This document shows positions 28,426 through 37,796 of a stretch of 59,584 nt of DNA, one piece after another (the stretch's first letter is position 1; the number at the start of each line of letters is the position of its first letter). This DNA is from a virus, in the IMG/VR virus record IMGVR_UViG_3300045988_105378, positions 1 through 59,584 of that record; one strand, written 5' to 3'. The position numbers were made by a program, and so were the translations under genes. The notes below the pieces were generated by a model. The model did no database searches and was not told the origin of the DNA. It saw only the letters and a list, made by a program, of their open reading frames with translations.

Positions 28426-28656
28426 ATGAAAGAAGAAATTGAAAGAAGAATTATGGCAAAGGAGGAAAAGATAAAACTTCTAAATATGAAGTTAGATGAA
28501 AGTAAGAAAGCATTAAAAAGTCTAACAATGGATGAATTCGAAATAGAAGAATATTTAATTAAAACAGCAAGTAAAAGAATTTCTATAAGAAATGAGATTT
28601 GCCAATTACAAGTTGAAGTATATGAACTAATGCAAATACTAAAACAAGATAAATAA
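28426..28656 (+). CDS. hypothetical coiled-coil protein (76 aa)
   Basis: First gene downstream of P_A. RBS AAGGAAGGAG. Confidence 0.5.
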   Translation: MKEEIERRIMAKEEKIKLLNMKLDESKKALKSLTMDEFEIEEYLIKTASKRISIRNEICQLQVEVYELMQILKQDK

Positions 28657-28857
28657 ATGAAAGGAAGGTTTTACAATATGGAAAAGAAAAAATTAAGTAA
28701 AGATGAAAAAAGAATATTAAGGGAGGATATCCAAGATCTAAAATGGTTAGCAGAAAAATACAAGGCGGAAGGTAAACTTACCAAATCCGCCGACTGCGAA
28801 AGTGAAATGGAAAAACTAAAAGGAAAGCTAAGAGGTGAAGAAGATGGAATTTGTTAA
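28657..28857 (+). CDS. hypothetical protein (66 aa; alternative start at 28678)
   Basis: Track ORF. An internal ATG at 28678 has a better RBS (GGAAGG). Confidence 0.45.
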   Translation: MKGRFYNMEKKKLSKDEKRILREDIQDLKWLAEKYKAEGKLTKSADCESEMEKLKGKLRGEEDGIC

Positions 28858-29245
28858 AGAGAATCTAAACCCTAAGGGTTGGAAAACTGGGGATTGTGTG
28901 GTAAGGGCATTAGCAGGTGCCAACAATAGAAGTTGGGAAAGTACCTACTTAGCACTATGTGATATAGGTGCAAAGAAATGTAGGATGCCAAATGATAAAG
29001 CAACCTACGAGGCATTCCTAAAAGATAATGGATGGGTAAAACAAAAGATGCCAGTGTGGTATGATGCCTTCGGAAAGAAAAATAGATACACAGTTGAAGA
29101 TTTAGCAAAAGAATATCCGAATAAGAAAATGGTTGTTAGTGTAGCACACCATCTTACCTTTTTAGATAAAGGTACTTTAAGAGATACTTGGAATTGTGGT
29201 TCTAAATCAGTTGGAAATTATTGGATAAAGGAAGGTGAAGAATAA
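28835..29245 (+). CDS. hypothetical protein (136 aa)
   Basis: ORF with GGAGG-type RBS. Confidence 0.5.
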   Translation: MKKMEFVKENLNPKGWKTGDCVVRALAGANNRSWESTYLALCDIGAKKCRMPNDKATYEAFLKDNGWVKQKMPVWYDAFGKKNRYTVEDLAKEYPNKKMVVSVAHHLTFLDKGTLRDTWNCGSKSVGNYWIKEGEE

Positions 29246-29592
29246 TGGATAAGGAAGTTATTTACAAAAATCTACAAAGGTATGCAAAGATAGTAAACAG
29301 AATAGATTATGAATCAGAAAGAGGATTCGAGATGATAAAGGTTTACTTTTACGAAGATCAATTCTATATGGCTAGATTATTAGATGGTAATGTAGAAGAA
29401 GTAAAGGCAATTCAGTATACAGATTATAAAGTAGTTGGTACGGAGGTAGTAAGAAAAACTTGTTGTATATGTGGTAAGGAATTTATAGGATTTGGAAATA
29501 ATCCACATCCAGTAAAAGATAAAGGTACCTGTTGTGATCAATGTAATAGTGAGGTTGTAATACCAAAAAGATTGGAGGTATTAGCAAAATGA
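29245..29592 (+). CDS. hypothetical zinc-ribbon protein (115 aa)
   Basis: C-terminus TCCICGKEF...GTCCDQCN. Confidence 0.5.
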   Translation: MDKEVIYKNLQRYAKIVNRIDYESERGFEMIKVYFYEDQFYMARLLDGNVEEVKAIQYTDYKVVGTEVVRKTCCICGKEFIGFGNNPHPVKDKGTCCDQCNSEVVIPKRLEVLAK

Positions 29593-29843
29593 TGGAAGTA
29601 GTTAAAAAGAATCAAAAAGATATGATGAAAGATGTAGTTAAAGGTTACAGAGGTTGTGGACATAAAGAATATTTCGGAATGATACATTGGAGAGACGGTT
29701 TACAATACTGTCGCCAATGTATATATGAGTTATGGCAAAAAGAAAGTGGATGGAAACCTGGTAAGGATGATTACGTATTTCCATATTACGAAGATGGGGT
29801 AAACTATTATAAGGAGGACCAAAATGAAGAAGGAAAAAATTGA
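29589..29843 (+). CDS. hypothetical Cys-rich protein (84 aa)
   Basis: CGHKEYFGMIHWRDGLQYCRQC motif. ATGA overlap. Confidence 0.5.
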   Translation: MMEVVKKNQKDMMKDVVKGYRGCGHKEYFGMIHWRDGLQYCRQCIYELWQKESGWKPGKDDYVFPYYEDGVNYYKEDQNEEGKN

Positions 29844-30138
29844 ACCAAGATTTATTCAAAGGAAATTATTTGACACAACACCAACACAGGAAACTAAAGC
29901 AATTATAGAACCGGTAGAAGAAGTAATTGATAAATCAGTAATAGATGGTTGGACAAGTATATATCAGAAAGATGATAGTACTGATAGATTTGTATTACTT
30001 AGTCCAAGTGGGGAAAGATATGCTTGTAAGTTTTATAATAAAGTAACTGATGATTTTGTAAGTGCATCATTTATGTCAATGGTTATGTTGAATGAGCATT
30101 TTGATAGAAGTATTATTTCTGGGAAAGAAGGTATATAG
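29824..30138 (+). CDS. hypothetical protein (104 aa)
   Basis: ORF overlapping the previous stop. Confidence 0.5.
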   Translation: MKKEKIEPRFIQRKLFDTTPTQETKAIIEPVEEVIDKSVIDGWTSIYQKDDSTDRFVLLSPSGERYACKFYNKVTDDFVSASFMSMVMLNEHFDRSIISGKEGI

Positions 30139-30417
30139 ATGATAATACTAAAGACAATAGTTGATAGTAAAGATTTTAGTTACTTTAATAGAAATAAAAT
30201 GGCTATGGAATATACAAATACACTTGATGAGGAGGGGTGGGTAAATTCCCTCCTTGAAGGTGGGTATATATCACCTGACTTCAGTACTATATTTTATTAT
30301 GGCAGGTCACCATATGAGGGGCAGTTAATACAATTTAATAAAGATACCGAAGGATATAATAAAATCCTTAACAGGTTAATAGAAAAAGGCGATTTTGTTT
30401 CGTATAATATAAAGTAG
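30139..30417 (+). CDS. hypothetical protein (92 aa)
   Basis: ORF directly abutting the previous stop. Confidence 0.5.
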   Translation: MIILKTIVDSKDFSYFNRNKMAMEYTNTLDEEGWVNSLLEGGYISPDFSTIFYYGRSPYEGQLIQFNKDTEGYNKILNRLIEKGDFVSYNIK

Positions 30418-30430
30418 GAGGATGATTCGA

Positions 30431-32152
30431 ATGTTATATGTCAGATATGATAGACCAAAGAATTTGGTTAAAGAGGAATTTTCAGCATATGTATCATTCA
30501 AATGGTCACAAGCCTATGTTGATGGAATAAAAGCATTACCACTTAGATATTGGATACCACAACAAAAAGAATGGGAAATACCAGTTCAAATGGTTCCATT
30601 ACTAAATAAGATTGGGGAAGTTAAAGAATTAAACCAAATAATCGATGATGATGAAAATAAAATTCAGATAGATGAAAATGAATTTAAAACCAAACCATTC
30701 AAACATCAATTAGAAGGGGTAATCTATGGTATAGAACATCCGAGTTGGTTATTAGGGGATCAGCAAGGATTAGGTAAAACTAAACAAATGATAGATCTTG
30801 CAGTATGGAAAAAGAGACATCAAGGTATAAAACATTGCCTAATTATATGTTGTGTTAATAACTTAAAATATAACTGGTTAAATGAAATAAAAGTTCATAG
30901 TAATGAAAGTGCCTGTGTATTAGGTGTTAAGAAAAAAGGTAAGGAACCATCAATGCAGGATAGAATAGATCATTTAAAATACGGACCAGAAGAATTCTTT
31001 TGGATAACTAATATTGAGAGTTTAAGGGTTAAGAAAGATAGTAGAATTAACCGATATAAATCGGAATTTGTTGATAGGTTGAATCTATATCTTATGAATG
31101 GTGATATCGGAATGATAGTGGTAGATGAAATTCATAAATGTAAAAATAGCACATCGGCACAAGGTAGAGGATTATTACAATTAAAAGGTGCCAATAGGGT
31201 TGGATTAAGTGGTACTTTATTAGTTAGCAAACCATTAGATTTATACACACCATTGAAATTCATTGGTGCAGTAAATAAAAGTCAATGGGAATTTGATAGA
31301 TACTATAGTAGTAGAGATTACTTTAATAATATAGTAGGTTATCAGCATTTAGACCAATTACAAGTACTTATGGATATGAATATGTTAAGAAGAACTAAAG
31401 ATTTATTGGATTTACCACCAAAACTAGAGAAGATAGAGTATATAGAACTAAGTAGTGAGGAAAGAAAACTATATAATGCCATAGAGCAAGATATAAGACA
31501 GGAAATAAGAACAGATGCTAATTTAATTAAATCCCCAGCATCAGTGTTAGCAAAACTAACTAGATTAAGACAAGTAAGTACACATACCGGATTAGTTAGT
31601 GATAAGGTAATTGCTAGTTCTAAGTTTGAAAGATTAAAAGATATCTTAGAAGAAGCACAGGACAATGGGGAAAAAGTTATAGTATTTACTATGTTTAGAA
31701 AATTAGCAGAAATGGCAATGGAGGAATTTAAAGAATATAATCCATACCATATATGGGGTCAAATGAACCAAGTAGAATTACAGGACCAAGTAAATGGATT
31801 CCAAGAAGGTAATAATTTTAAAGTATTATTCGGTGTTATTCAAGCCGCTGGTACAGGTATAACTTTAAATACTGCTAGTATAGTAGTATTCCTAGATTTA
31901 CCGTGGGATACAGCAACAATGGAACAAGCCGAAGATAGAGCCCATAGAATTGGAACTAAAAAGACAGTTACTTGTATTAGACTAATAGCAAAAGATACAT
32001 ACGATGAAAGAGTATGGAGAAGAGTTCTTAGTAAAGGTCATATGAGTAAAGCACTTATTGATATGGAAAAGATAGAAAATGTTAGTCCATTTATAGATTG
32101 TGTATTTGTTAGTGGTGAATATGAGGATGAAGATACTAGAACTTTATGGTAA
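30431..32152 (+). CDS. SNF2-family DNA helicase
   Basis: DEAH box MIVVDEIHKCKN, LSGTLLVSKPLDLY, helicase C-terminal motifs FGVIQAAGTGITLNTASIVVFLDLPWDTATMEQAEDRAHRIG. RBS-supported ATG 30431; the track ORF starts at 30422. Confidence 0.85.
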   Translation: MLYVRYDRPKNLVKEEFSAYVSFKWSQAYVDGIKALPLRYWIPQQKEWEIPVQMVPLLNKIGEVKELNQIIDDDENKIQIDENEFKTKPFKHQLEGVIYGIEHPSWLLGDQQGLGKTKQMIDLAVWKKRHQGIKHCLIICCVNNLKYNWLNEIKVHSNESACVLGVKKKGKEPSMQDRIDHLKYGPEEFFWITNIESLRVKKDSRINRYKSEFVDRLNLYLMNGDIGMIVVDEIHKCKNSTSAQGRGLLQLKGANRVGLSGTLLVSKPLDLYTPLKFIGAVNKSQWEFDRYYSSRDYFNNIVGYQHLDQLQVLMDMNMLRRTKDLLDLPPKLEKIEYIELSSEERKLYNAIEQDIRQEIRTDANLIKSPASVLAKLTRLRQVSTHTGLVSDKVIASSKFERLKDILEEAQDNGEKVIVFTMFRKLAEMAMEEFKEYNPYHIWGQMNQVELQDQVNGFQEGNNFKVLFGVIQAAGTGITLNTASIVVFLDLPWDTATMEQAEDRAHRIGTKKTVTCIRLIAKDTYDERVWRRVLSKGHMSKALIDMEKIENVSPFIDCVFVSGEYEDEDTRTLW

Positions 32153-32185
32153 AAACATATAATATAATTAGGGAGGTAGAAATAG

Positions 32186-32446
32186 ATGAAATACGATGTT
32201 AATTACATTGCAGAACAATGTGGTGTCAAAAGAGGATCTATTGTTAGTTATGTTAAATATTGTGCAGAGACAGGTATAGAAATACCACAACCAATTCCTT
32301 ACCAATCTAGTAAATATGTTTATAACAAACAGGATGCAGATAAAATTGCTGAAATGTTTAGAAATAAAAAACGTGGAGAAATGGCAGAATATAATTACAA
32401 ACATTGTTGGGGGAAGAAGATAAGAGAAAAATACCCTCGAGATTAG
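32186..32446 (+). CDS. hypothetical small HTH-like protein (86 aa)
   Basis: N-terminal VNYIAEQCGVKRGSIVSYVKYCAETG resembles a helix-turn-helix. Confidence 0.45.
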   Translation: MKYDVNYIAEQCGVKRGSIVSYVKYCAETGIEIPQPIPYQSSKYVYNKQDADKIAEMFRNKKRGEMAEYNYKHCWGKKIREKYPRD

Positions 32447-32503
32447 CAGCAGAAGTCAGCAGAGGTACGGTTTAAATAAGAAACTGGATAATTTATACGG
32501 ATT

Positions 32504-32552
32504 ATAAGAAACTACCTTAAAAACGTAAATAAATCGGTTTCTTATTTTTTTT
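32504..32552 (+). terminator. putative rho-independent terminator (9-bp perfect stem, long loop, T7 run)
   Basis: ATAAGAAAC-(24 nt)-GTTTCTTAT then TTTTTTT. Confidence 0.45.
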
Positions 32553-32561
32553 CTCTAAATA

Positions 32562-32592
32562 TTGACCAATTAAGACATTTATGACGTATAAT
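32562..32592 (+). promoter_or_regulatory. promoter: -35 TTGACC, 19-nt spacer, cgTATAAT (family member 2)
   Basis: TTGACCAATTAAGACATTTATGACGTATAAT. The spacer is long. CATTTATGA is shared with P_A. Confidence 0.35.
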
Positions 32593-32615
32593 TATTTATG
32601 AAGGAGGAGAAATAT

Positions 32616-32990
32616 ATGTTCGATAACCTTACTATGGAAGAGGTTGTTGACAGATTAAAAGAAGTTAGGGATAATCAAAAGGCTTTAAAAGAACAAGAAG
32701 ATGCTTTAAAGAAAAGAATTTTAGCAGATGGTAGATCAGAAATTAAATCGGAAAACCATACTATGAAAATTCAAGTTAGAACTAAAGAAGTATTTAATGA
32801 GGAAGCATTCATTGAAACATTCAAGAATGACCAAAACTTTGATGATACTATTAAAGCAAATATTTTAGAAAATAAATTAGTTCTAAATCAAGCAAACTTA
32901 AATGAAGCTGTTCAAAATAAAGTTATTCCTTTAGATTATGTAATTCCTTTTAACACTGTTACTGAATCTCAAGTAATTACAGTAAAATAG
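32616..32990 (+). CDS. hypothetical protein (124 aa)
   Basis: ATG 32616 preceded by AAGGAGGAG. The track ORF start at 32598 would include the RBS. Confidence 0.5.
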   Translation: MFDNLTMEEVVDRLKEVRDNQKALKEQEDALKKRILADGRSEIKSENHTMKIQVRTKEVFNEEAFIETFKNDQNFDDTIKANILENKLVLNQANLNEAVQNKVIPLDYVIPFNTVTESQVITVK

Positions 32991-33010
32991 TCCTTTGATG
33001 GACTATTTTT
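32988..33010 (+). terminator. rho-independent terminator
   Basis: TAGTCC-tttgat-GGACTA followed by TTTTT. Confidence 0.5.
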
Positions 33011-33023
33011 CGTGATTGTATCG

Positions 33024-33029
33024 TATAAT
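33024..33029 (+). promoter_or_regulatory. tcgTATAAT-type -10 element (family member 3)
   Basis: TGTATCGTATAATTAAATTAGGAGGAGG. The RBS lies 8 nt downstream. Confidence 0.3.
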
Positions 33030-33051
33030 TAAATTAGGAGGAGGAGAAACG

Positions 33052-34077
33052 ATGAATAATGTAGATAAAAATGGATACATAATCGAGCCAGAAGAACTAA
33101 ATCAAGAATATGAAAGTTCTCAATTTCTAATGCTTACTTATGATATATTAGTGGATAAAAGATTAAGTGATTTTCAAAAATTACTATTTGCCAGTATAAC
33201 AGGTCTATGTAAACAAAGAGGATATTGCTGGGCTGGCAATGCTTACTTTCAAAAATTATTTAATAGAAGCCAAACACAAGTAAGTGAAGGAATATCAAAA
33301 TTGGTTGAATATGGGTATCTAAAAAGAGAAATAGTTTATAAGAAAAAAGAAGACAAAGATGGTAAAATTATTACAACAAAACAGATATCTTTTAGGAAAT
33401 TATTTGTAGTTATTAACAAGGCGGATTGGAATACGGGTATACCGGAAAACCAGAATAGGGGTATACCGGAAAACCAGAAGCAAATAGATAATCCTTTAAT
33501 AGATAATCCTACTTCTAATAATTCTATATTATCTAAAGATAATAAGAATTATATAGAAGACAACACGGAAACGGTTGTCAATAATACGGATGATAATATT
33601 AAAAATAATAATATAGAAGATAAGAATGGAATTGAAGATAGTAAGATTTTTAGTGGGAAGGCGGATACTTCCGCATCAGTTCTAAAAACGCCCGCCGCCG
33701 AGGGTGAAGAAAAACCTAAGAAGGGAAAAGGTGGTCTTGGACCATTGTATGATGAAATTACAAAAAGAATACCAGCGGCAATATATCCAACATTGAATGC
33801 GGCATTAAAAACTTACTTAAAAGCACATTTAGGAATAAGAAGATTACCGAGTCCGGAGAAATGGGAAGATATGATAAAGAAGTTACAAGAATATGCCAGT
33901 GTGGAACTTAGTGGTGCGAGTGGTAAAAAGTTTATGGAAAACAGGGCATTGGAAATAGTTAAAAAAGCAATAGATGGAAAAGATGGGGTGCCATATACAG
34001 ATTTCGATGATATCTATGATAAGGGGTTGATGGAACCAACCTTTGAATTAAACCGAGATTATACAAAAGGTTACTAA
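33052..34077 (+). CDS. replication initiator / replisome organiser (winged-helix N-terminal domain) carrying internal iterons
   Basis: ATG 33052 after AGGAGGAGGAG; the track start at 33016 would include the promoter. The N-terminal LSDFQKLLFASITGLCKQRGYCWAGNAYFQKLFNRSQTQVSEGISKLVEYGYLKRE is a wHTH typical of phage initiator and replisome-organiser proteins. Central repeats GIPENQNR/GIPENQKQ and IDNPLIDNP. Confidence 0.55.
   Translation: MNNVDKNGYIIEPEELNQEYESSQFLMLTYDILVDKRLSDFQKLLFASITGLCKQRGYCWAGNAYFQKLFNRSQTQVSEGISKLVEYGYLKREIVYKKKEDKDGKIITTKQISFRKLFVVINKADWNTGIPENQNRGIPENQKQIDNPLIDNPTSNNSILSKDNKNYIEDNTETVVNNTDDNIKNNNIEDKNGIEDSKIFSGKADTSASVLKTPAAEGEEKPKKGKGGLGPLYDEITKRIPAAIYPTLNAALKTYLKAHLGIRRLPSPEKWEDMIKKLQEYASVELSGASGKKFMENRALEIVKKAIDGKDGVPYTDFDDIYDKGLMEPTFELNRDYTKGY
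33435..33510 (+). repeat. putative origin iterons: 2 x 24-bp direct repeat each containing the palindrome GGTATACC, then 2 x AATAGATAATCCT, then an AT-rich tract
   Basis: GGGTATACCGGAAAACCAGAATAG / GGGTATACCGGAAAACCAGAAGCA, then AATAGATAATCCTTTAATAGATAATCCTAC, then an AT-rich stretch. Confidence 0.45.
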
Positions 34078-34667
34078 TGGATATCGAACAAAGAAATAAA
34101 AGGGTTGAAGAAAATCTTAAATTGGTGTCGCACGCACTATCATTGCTAAAAGTTCCTTGGAACGAAGATTATTTCCAACAGGGGGTATTGGAGTTAATAA
34201 GATGTGCAGAGAAGTATGATGAGAGCAAAGGTTATAAGTTTAGTACTTACGCAGTTAAGTGTATAACACTAAAATTAAAAGATTATATAAAAAGAGACTA
34301 TGTTTTAAAACCAAAACTAACAGGGGAAAAAGGTGGTAAGGTATATGCACCACCAACTATTAGTTTAAACACAATAGTTCATGATGGTGCTGGTGATAAG
34401 GCAATATTCTTGGAAGATGTTATAGAGGATGATGTTAATTGGGAAGAAATAGATTTAGGAATAGAGTTAGATAACATAGTAGAGAAGAAAATAATAAGTA
34501 AAGATGAATTACAATTATTTATAGATTCGGAGGTCAATGGTTATCCACTTAAGACATTAACTAAGAAGTATAATGTAACAAATAGGGTGGCAAGAGGAAT
34601 AATTTCTAGGGTTAGAGAAACCTTAGCGGAAAATATTTCGTATAATTATTATGAAGGAGGTCAATAG
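34077..34667 (+). CDS. sigma-70 family RNA polymerase sigma factor (phage-encoded)
   Basis: A region-2 signature LELIRCAEKYDESKGYKFSTYAVKCITLKLKDYIKRD fits the sigma-70 region 2.1-2.3 pattern LiQEGniGLmkAvekFDp.rGfkFSTYAtwwIrqaI. A C-terminal HTH (LTKKYNVTNRVARGIISRVRETL) fits region 4.2. Confidence 0.7.
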   Translation: MDIEQRNKRVEENLKLVSHALSLLKVPWNEDYFQQGVLELIRCAEKYDESKGYKFSTYAVKCITLKLKDYIKRDYVLKPKLTGEKGGKVYAPPTISLNTIVHDGAGDKAIFLEDVIEDDVNWEEIDLGIELDNIVEKKIISKDELQLFIDSEVNGYPLKTLTKKYNVTNRVARGIISRVRETLAENISYNYYEGGQ

Positions 34668-34668
34668 A

Positions 34669-35355
34669 ATGTATTGTTTCAAAAATGGTAATGAATGTCC
34701 TTATAGAAATATTTGTAAAAACAAGACCTCTAATGGAGATTGTTATAAACTATGTAGTAAATTAAATGAAATTGATACATTGTTTCATAATGCTAATATA
34801 CCAAGAGCATTTCTCCAACCAATAGTTTTGTATCCAGATAAAATAGATGTTTCTTCTTACGAAGTATTAAATATAATAAAGACAAATATAGTAGAAACAG
34901 TTGAAAGAGGAATGAATTATACTATACATAGTAGAATACGAGGAAATGGAAAAACTAGTTGGGGTATAAAGATATTACAAAATTACTTACATTGTATATG
35001 GACTGAACCTGGTGGAAGAACCAGAGGCTTATATGTAGATGTACCAGAGTACTTCGCACAATTAAAGGCAGAATTCGATAGTAAAGAGAAAGATGCTAAA
35101 GAATTTGCTAAAGATATAGACCAAGCAGATTTAGTTATATTTGATAATATTGATGAAAATAGATTGAGTGAGTGGGAAAGAAATGTTATGAAGCAGCATA
35201 TTAAGAGAAGAATAAACAATGGGTTGTGTAACATATTTATTATTAGAAATATTAACTCAGAATTAGTAAATATGACAGGGGAGGATATTGCCTACTATAT
35301 TCAAAGTAATAGTCAAATAATACCTCTAATTGGTAAGGGAGGTAAAGTACAATGA
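34669..35355 (+). CDS. DnaC/IstB-like AAA+ helicase loader with N-terminal Cys-rich zinc finger
   Basis: Walker A RGNGKTSWG and Walker B DLVIFDNIDE. N-terminus CFKNGNECPYRNICKNKTSNGDCYKLC. ATG 34669 after GAAGGAGG. Confidence 0.6.
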   Translation: MYCFKNGNECPYRNICKNKTSNGDCYKLCSKLNEIDTLFHNANIPRAFLQPIVLYPDKIDVSSYEVLNIIKTNIVETVERGMNYTIHSRIRGNGKTSWGIKILQNYLHCIWTEPGGRTRGLYVDVPEYFAQLKAEFDSKEKDAKEFAKDIDQADLVIFDNIDENRLSEWERNVMKQHIKRRINNGLCNIFIIRNINSELVNMTGEDIAYYIQSNSQIIPLIGKGGKVQ

Positions 35356-36623
35356 TTGAAGCACAAGTAATTAGTAAAATATTAGAAGAGAAGAATTTGG
35401 ATATATTATTGGATGAGAATATAAATTCTACATACTTTATAACATATTCAGAAGAAGCAAGATTTATATTTGGTCATTATAACGAGTATAGAACAGTTCC
35501 AACTAAGGAAACATTCTTAGGAAAGTTTAATGATTTTGAATTTACCAGTACTAAAGAAGATTGGAAATACCTTATAACCGGATTAAGAGAAGGTTATATG
35601 TTTAACCAATTAGCAATACTATTTAACAGTAGTACTAAAATAATTGAAAACAATGCCTTAGAGGGGTACCAATTACTTAAGAATAAAATATTTGAATTAG
35701 AAAATGTTAAACCAATGAGTTCTAACGATATTATTAAGAATGCCGACCAAAGATTGGATGCTTATAATAAAAAGTTAGAAAGTCCTACAAACGATGTTAT
35801 ACATATTGGATTAAAGGAAATGGACGAAAAGTTAGATGGTTGGTGTTGTGGTGAAGAATTGGTAACAGTTATGGCTAGAACTAATCAAGGTAAATCTTGG
35901 TTACTATTAGAGTTTTTAACTAATGCTTGGAAACAAGGTAAAAGAGTTGGATTATATAGTGGTGAGATGAGTGCCGAACAAATAGGTTATAGATTTGATG
36001 CTTTACATAAACATTTTAGTAATTTAAACCTAATGAGAGCCAATAAAGATGAAAAAGAGGAATATGAAGAGTACATAAAGGCATTAAAGAACAATGATAA
36101 CTGCTTTGTAGTAATAACCCCGAGAGATTTAGGTCATTTAGCAAATGTAAATGATATTGATTATATGATTAAGAAATATAACTTGGATATAGTTGGAATA
36201 GACCAATTTAGTTTGATGGAAGATTTCAGAAGTGGTAAAAATGAACAATTGAGAATTAGACTTGGAAATATAAGTGCTGATTTATTTAATTTGAGTATGA
36301 GATATAAGATCCCAATTATAGCATTATCACAGGCAAATAGAATGGCATCAAAGAATAATACCCCTGAGCTGGAACATATGGCAGAATCAGATGCTATAGC
36401 ACAAAATAGTACTAAAGTAATTAGTATGACTAGAACAGGTAATGAATTAAAAATGGCTGTGATAAAGAATAGATATGGACCTGTTGGTGATGAATTTGTA
36501 TATATGTGGGATATTGATAAAGGACAATTCAATTTTAGTAGATACGGAAGTCACGGACAAGATACTGGTGAAGAGGATAAGAGTATTGGTAGAAGACCAG
36601 TAAATGATGAAAGTCCATTCTAG
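35352..36623 (+). CDS. replicative DNA helicase (DnaB-like)
   Basis: RecA-like C-terminal domain with Walker A ARTNQGKSWLL, Walker B IVGIDQFSLME and an arginine finger region. Size is 423 aa. Confidence 0.8.
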   Translation: MIEAQVISKILEEKNLDILLDENINSTYFITYSEEARFIFGHYNEYRTVPTKETFLGKFNDFEFTSTKEDWKYLITGLREGYMFNQLAILFNSSTKIIENNALEGYQLLKNKIFELENVKPMSSNDIIKNADQRLDAYNKKLESPTNDVIHIGLKEMDEKLDGWCCGEELVTVMARTNQGKSWLLLEFLTNAWKQGKRVGLYSGEMSAEQIGYRFDALHKHFSNLNLMRANKDEKEEYEEYIKALKNNDNCFVVITPRDLGHLANVNDIDYMIKKYNLDIVGIDQFSLMEDFRSGKNEQLRIRLGNISADLFNLSMRYKIPIIALSQANRMASKNNTPELEHMAESDAIAQNSTKVISMTRTGNELKMAVIKNRYGPVGDEFVYMWDIDKGQFNFSRYGSHGQDTGEEDKSIGRRPVNDESPF

Positions 36624-36631
36624 GAGGTATT

Positions 36632-37597
36632 ATGATAAGAATTGATAAGAAGGTAATAGATGCCGAGGTAATAACTATATTAGAAGAAGTAAAAAGATAC
36701 CGTATGGAACGTGATGGTAAGGTAATACTAAAAGATATAAATGAGACAGGTAACAATATAATGGTGACCTGTCCTTTTCATAAAGATGGAAATGAAAGGA
36801 AACCAAGTTGTGGTGTAAGTTCAGTAGAAACACCGGATACACCAGCAGGAACAGTCCATTGTTTTACCTGTGGTAAAAATATGCACTTTGATAGATTTAT
36901 TAGTTACTTATTAGGGGTAGAAGATGGTGGTAGTACTGGAAGACAATGGTTATTGGAACATTTTGATGTTAGTTATACTAGGCAAATAAATGTTCAATTG
37001 ACTAGAGGTGGTAGGCAAAGTGGTTGTACTTATAACATAATAAAAGAAGCCCAGTTACAACAATATAGATTTTACCATCCATATATGTACCAAAGGGGAT
37101 TGACAGATGAGATAATTGAGAGGTATGATATTGGTTATGATAAATATAATGATATGATTACCTTTCCAGTTAGAGATATACAAGGTAATTGCCTATTTCT
37201 AGCCAAAAGAAGTGTAAAAGGAAAGTTCTTTATATTACCACAAGGTAAAAATAAACCATTATACGGGGTATATGAGTTAGATTATAGTAAACCTGACATA
37301 TATATAGTGGAAAGCTTTTTTAACGCGTTAACCCTAGCGAAATGGGGGTATAATGCTATAGCAATGATGGGAACAGGAAGTAATTATCAGTATGAACTGA
37401 TAAATAAGTTACCTTTTAGAACCATTCATTTATGCTTAGATGGTGATATGGCAGGTAGGCACGGGGCTATGAAATTAGAGCAAGTTATAGACAAAGGTAA
37501 GTTAGTTTATACACATCAGTTACCTGATGGAAAGGATGTCAATGATTTAGAGAAAAAAGATTTCTTGGCAATTCCGTATAAAATAAGGGAATGTTAA
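36632..37597 (+). CDS. DNA primase (DnaG-like: zinc-binding + TOPRIM)
   Basis: CHC2-like zinc finger VTCPFHKDG...HCFTCGKNMH. TOPRIM IYIVESFFNALTLAKWGYNAIAMMGTG...LCLDGDMAG. Confidence 0.8.
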   Translation: MIRIDKKVIDAEVITILEEVKRYRMERDGKVILKDINETGNNIMVTCPFHKDGNERKPSCGVSSVETPDTPAGTVHCFTCGKNMHFDRFISYLLGVEDGGSTGRQWLLEHFDVSYTRQINVQLTRGGRQSGCTYNIIKEAQLQQYRFYHPYMYQRGLTDEIIERYDIGYDKYNDMITFPVRDIQGNCLFLAKRSVKGKFFILPQGKNKPLYGVYELDYSKPDIYIVESFFNALTLAKWGYNAIAMMGTGSNYQYELINKLPFRTIHLCLDGDMAGRHGAMKLEQVIDKGKLVYTHQLPDGKDVNDLEKKDFLAIPYKIREC

Positions 37598-37603
37598 AAT
37601 CGG

Positions 37604-37666
37604 TTGACAATTTTATGAGAGAATTACTAAAAAAGGATTGTATTTTTCAAAAATATATCATAAAAT
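37604..37666 (+). promoter_or_regulatory. tandem sigma-A-like promoters upstream of the second sigma gene: TTGACA-18-TAAAAA and TTGTAT-17-TAAAAT
   Basis: Hexamers read directly in the 200-nt intergenic region 37598..37796. Confidence 0.35.
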
Positions 37667-37796
37667 TATTTCAGGATAGAAGAACTATAGTTGGTCCTAA
37701 GGAAAGGAGGATAGCAATTAGTTTTTAATTAAGCACCGATGAAAAAGTAATTTTATTCTAAACTTATTTTAATTTTATAAAGGAAGGTTTTAAATT

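Noticed and set aside
33016-33051. Track start at 33016 for the initiator gene (similarly 32598, 34651, 38406, 41485, 50087, 57048, 58602, 30422, 22297, 12470)
   Set aside because: These upstream in-frame ATG/GTG codons fall inside promoters, RBSs or the upstream gene. Internal ATGs with AGGAGG-type RBS at 5-10 nt were preferred.
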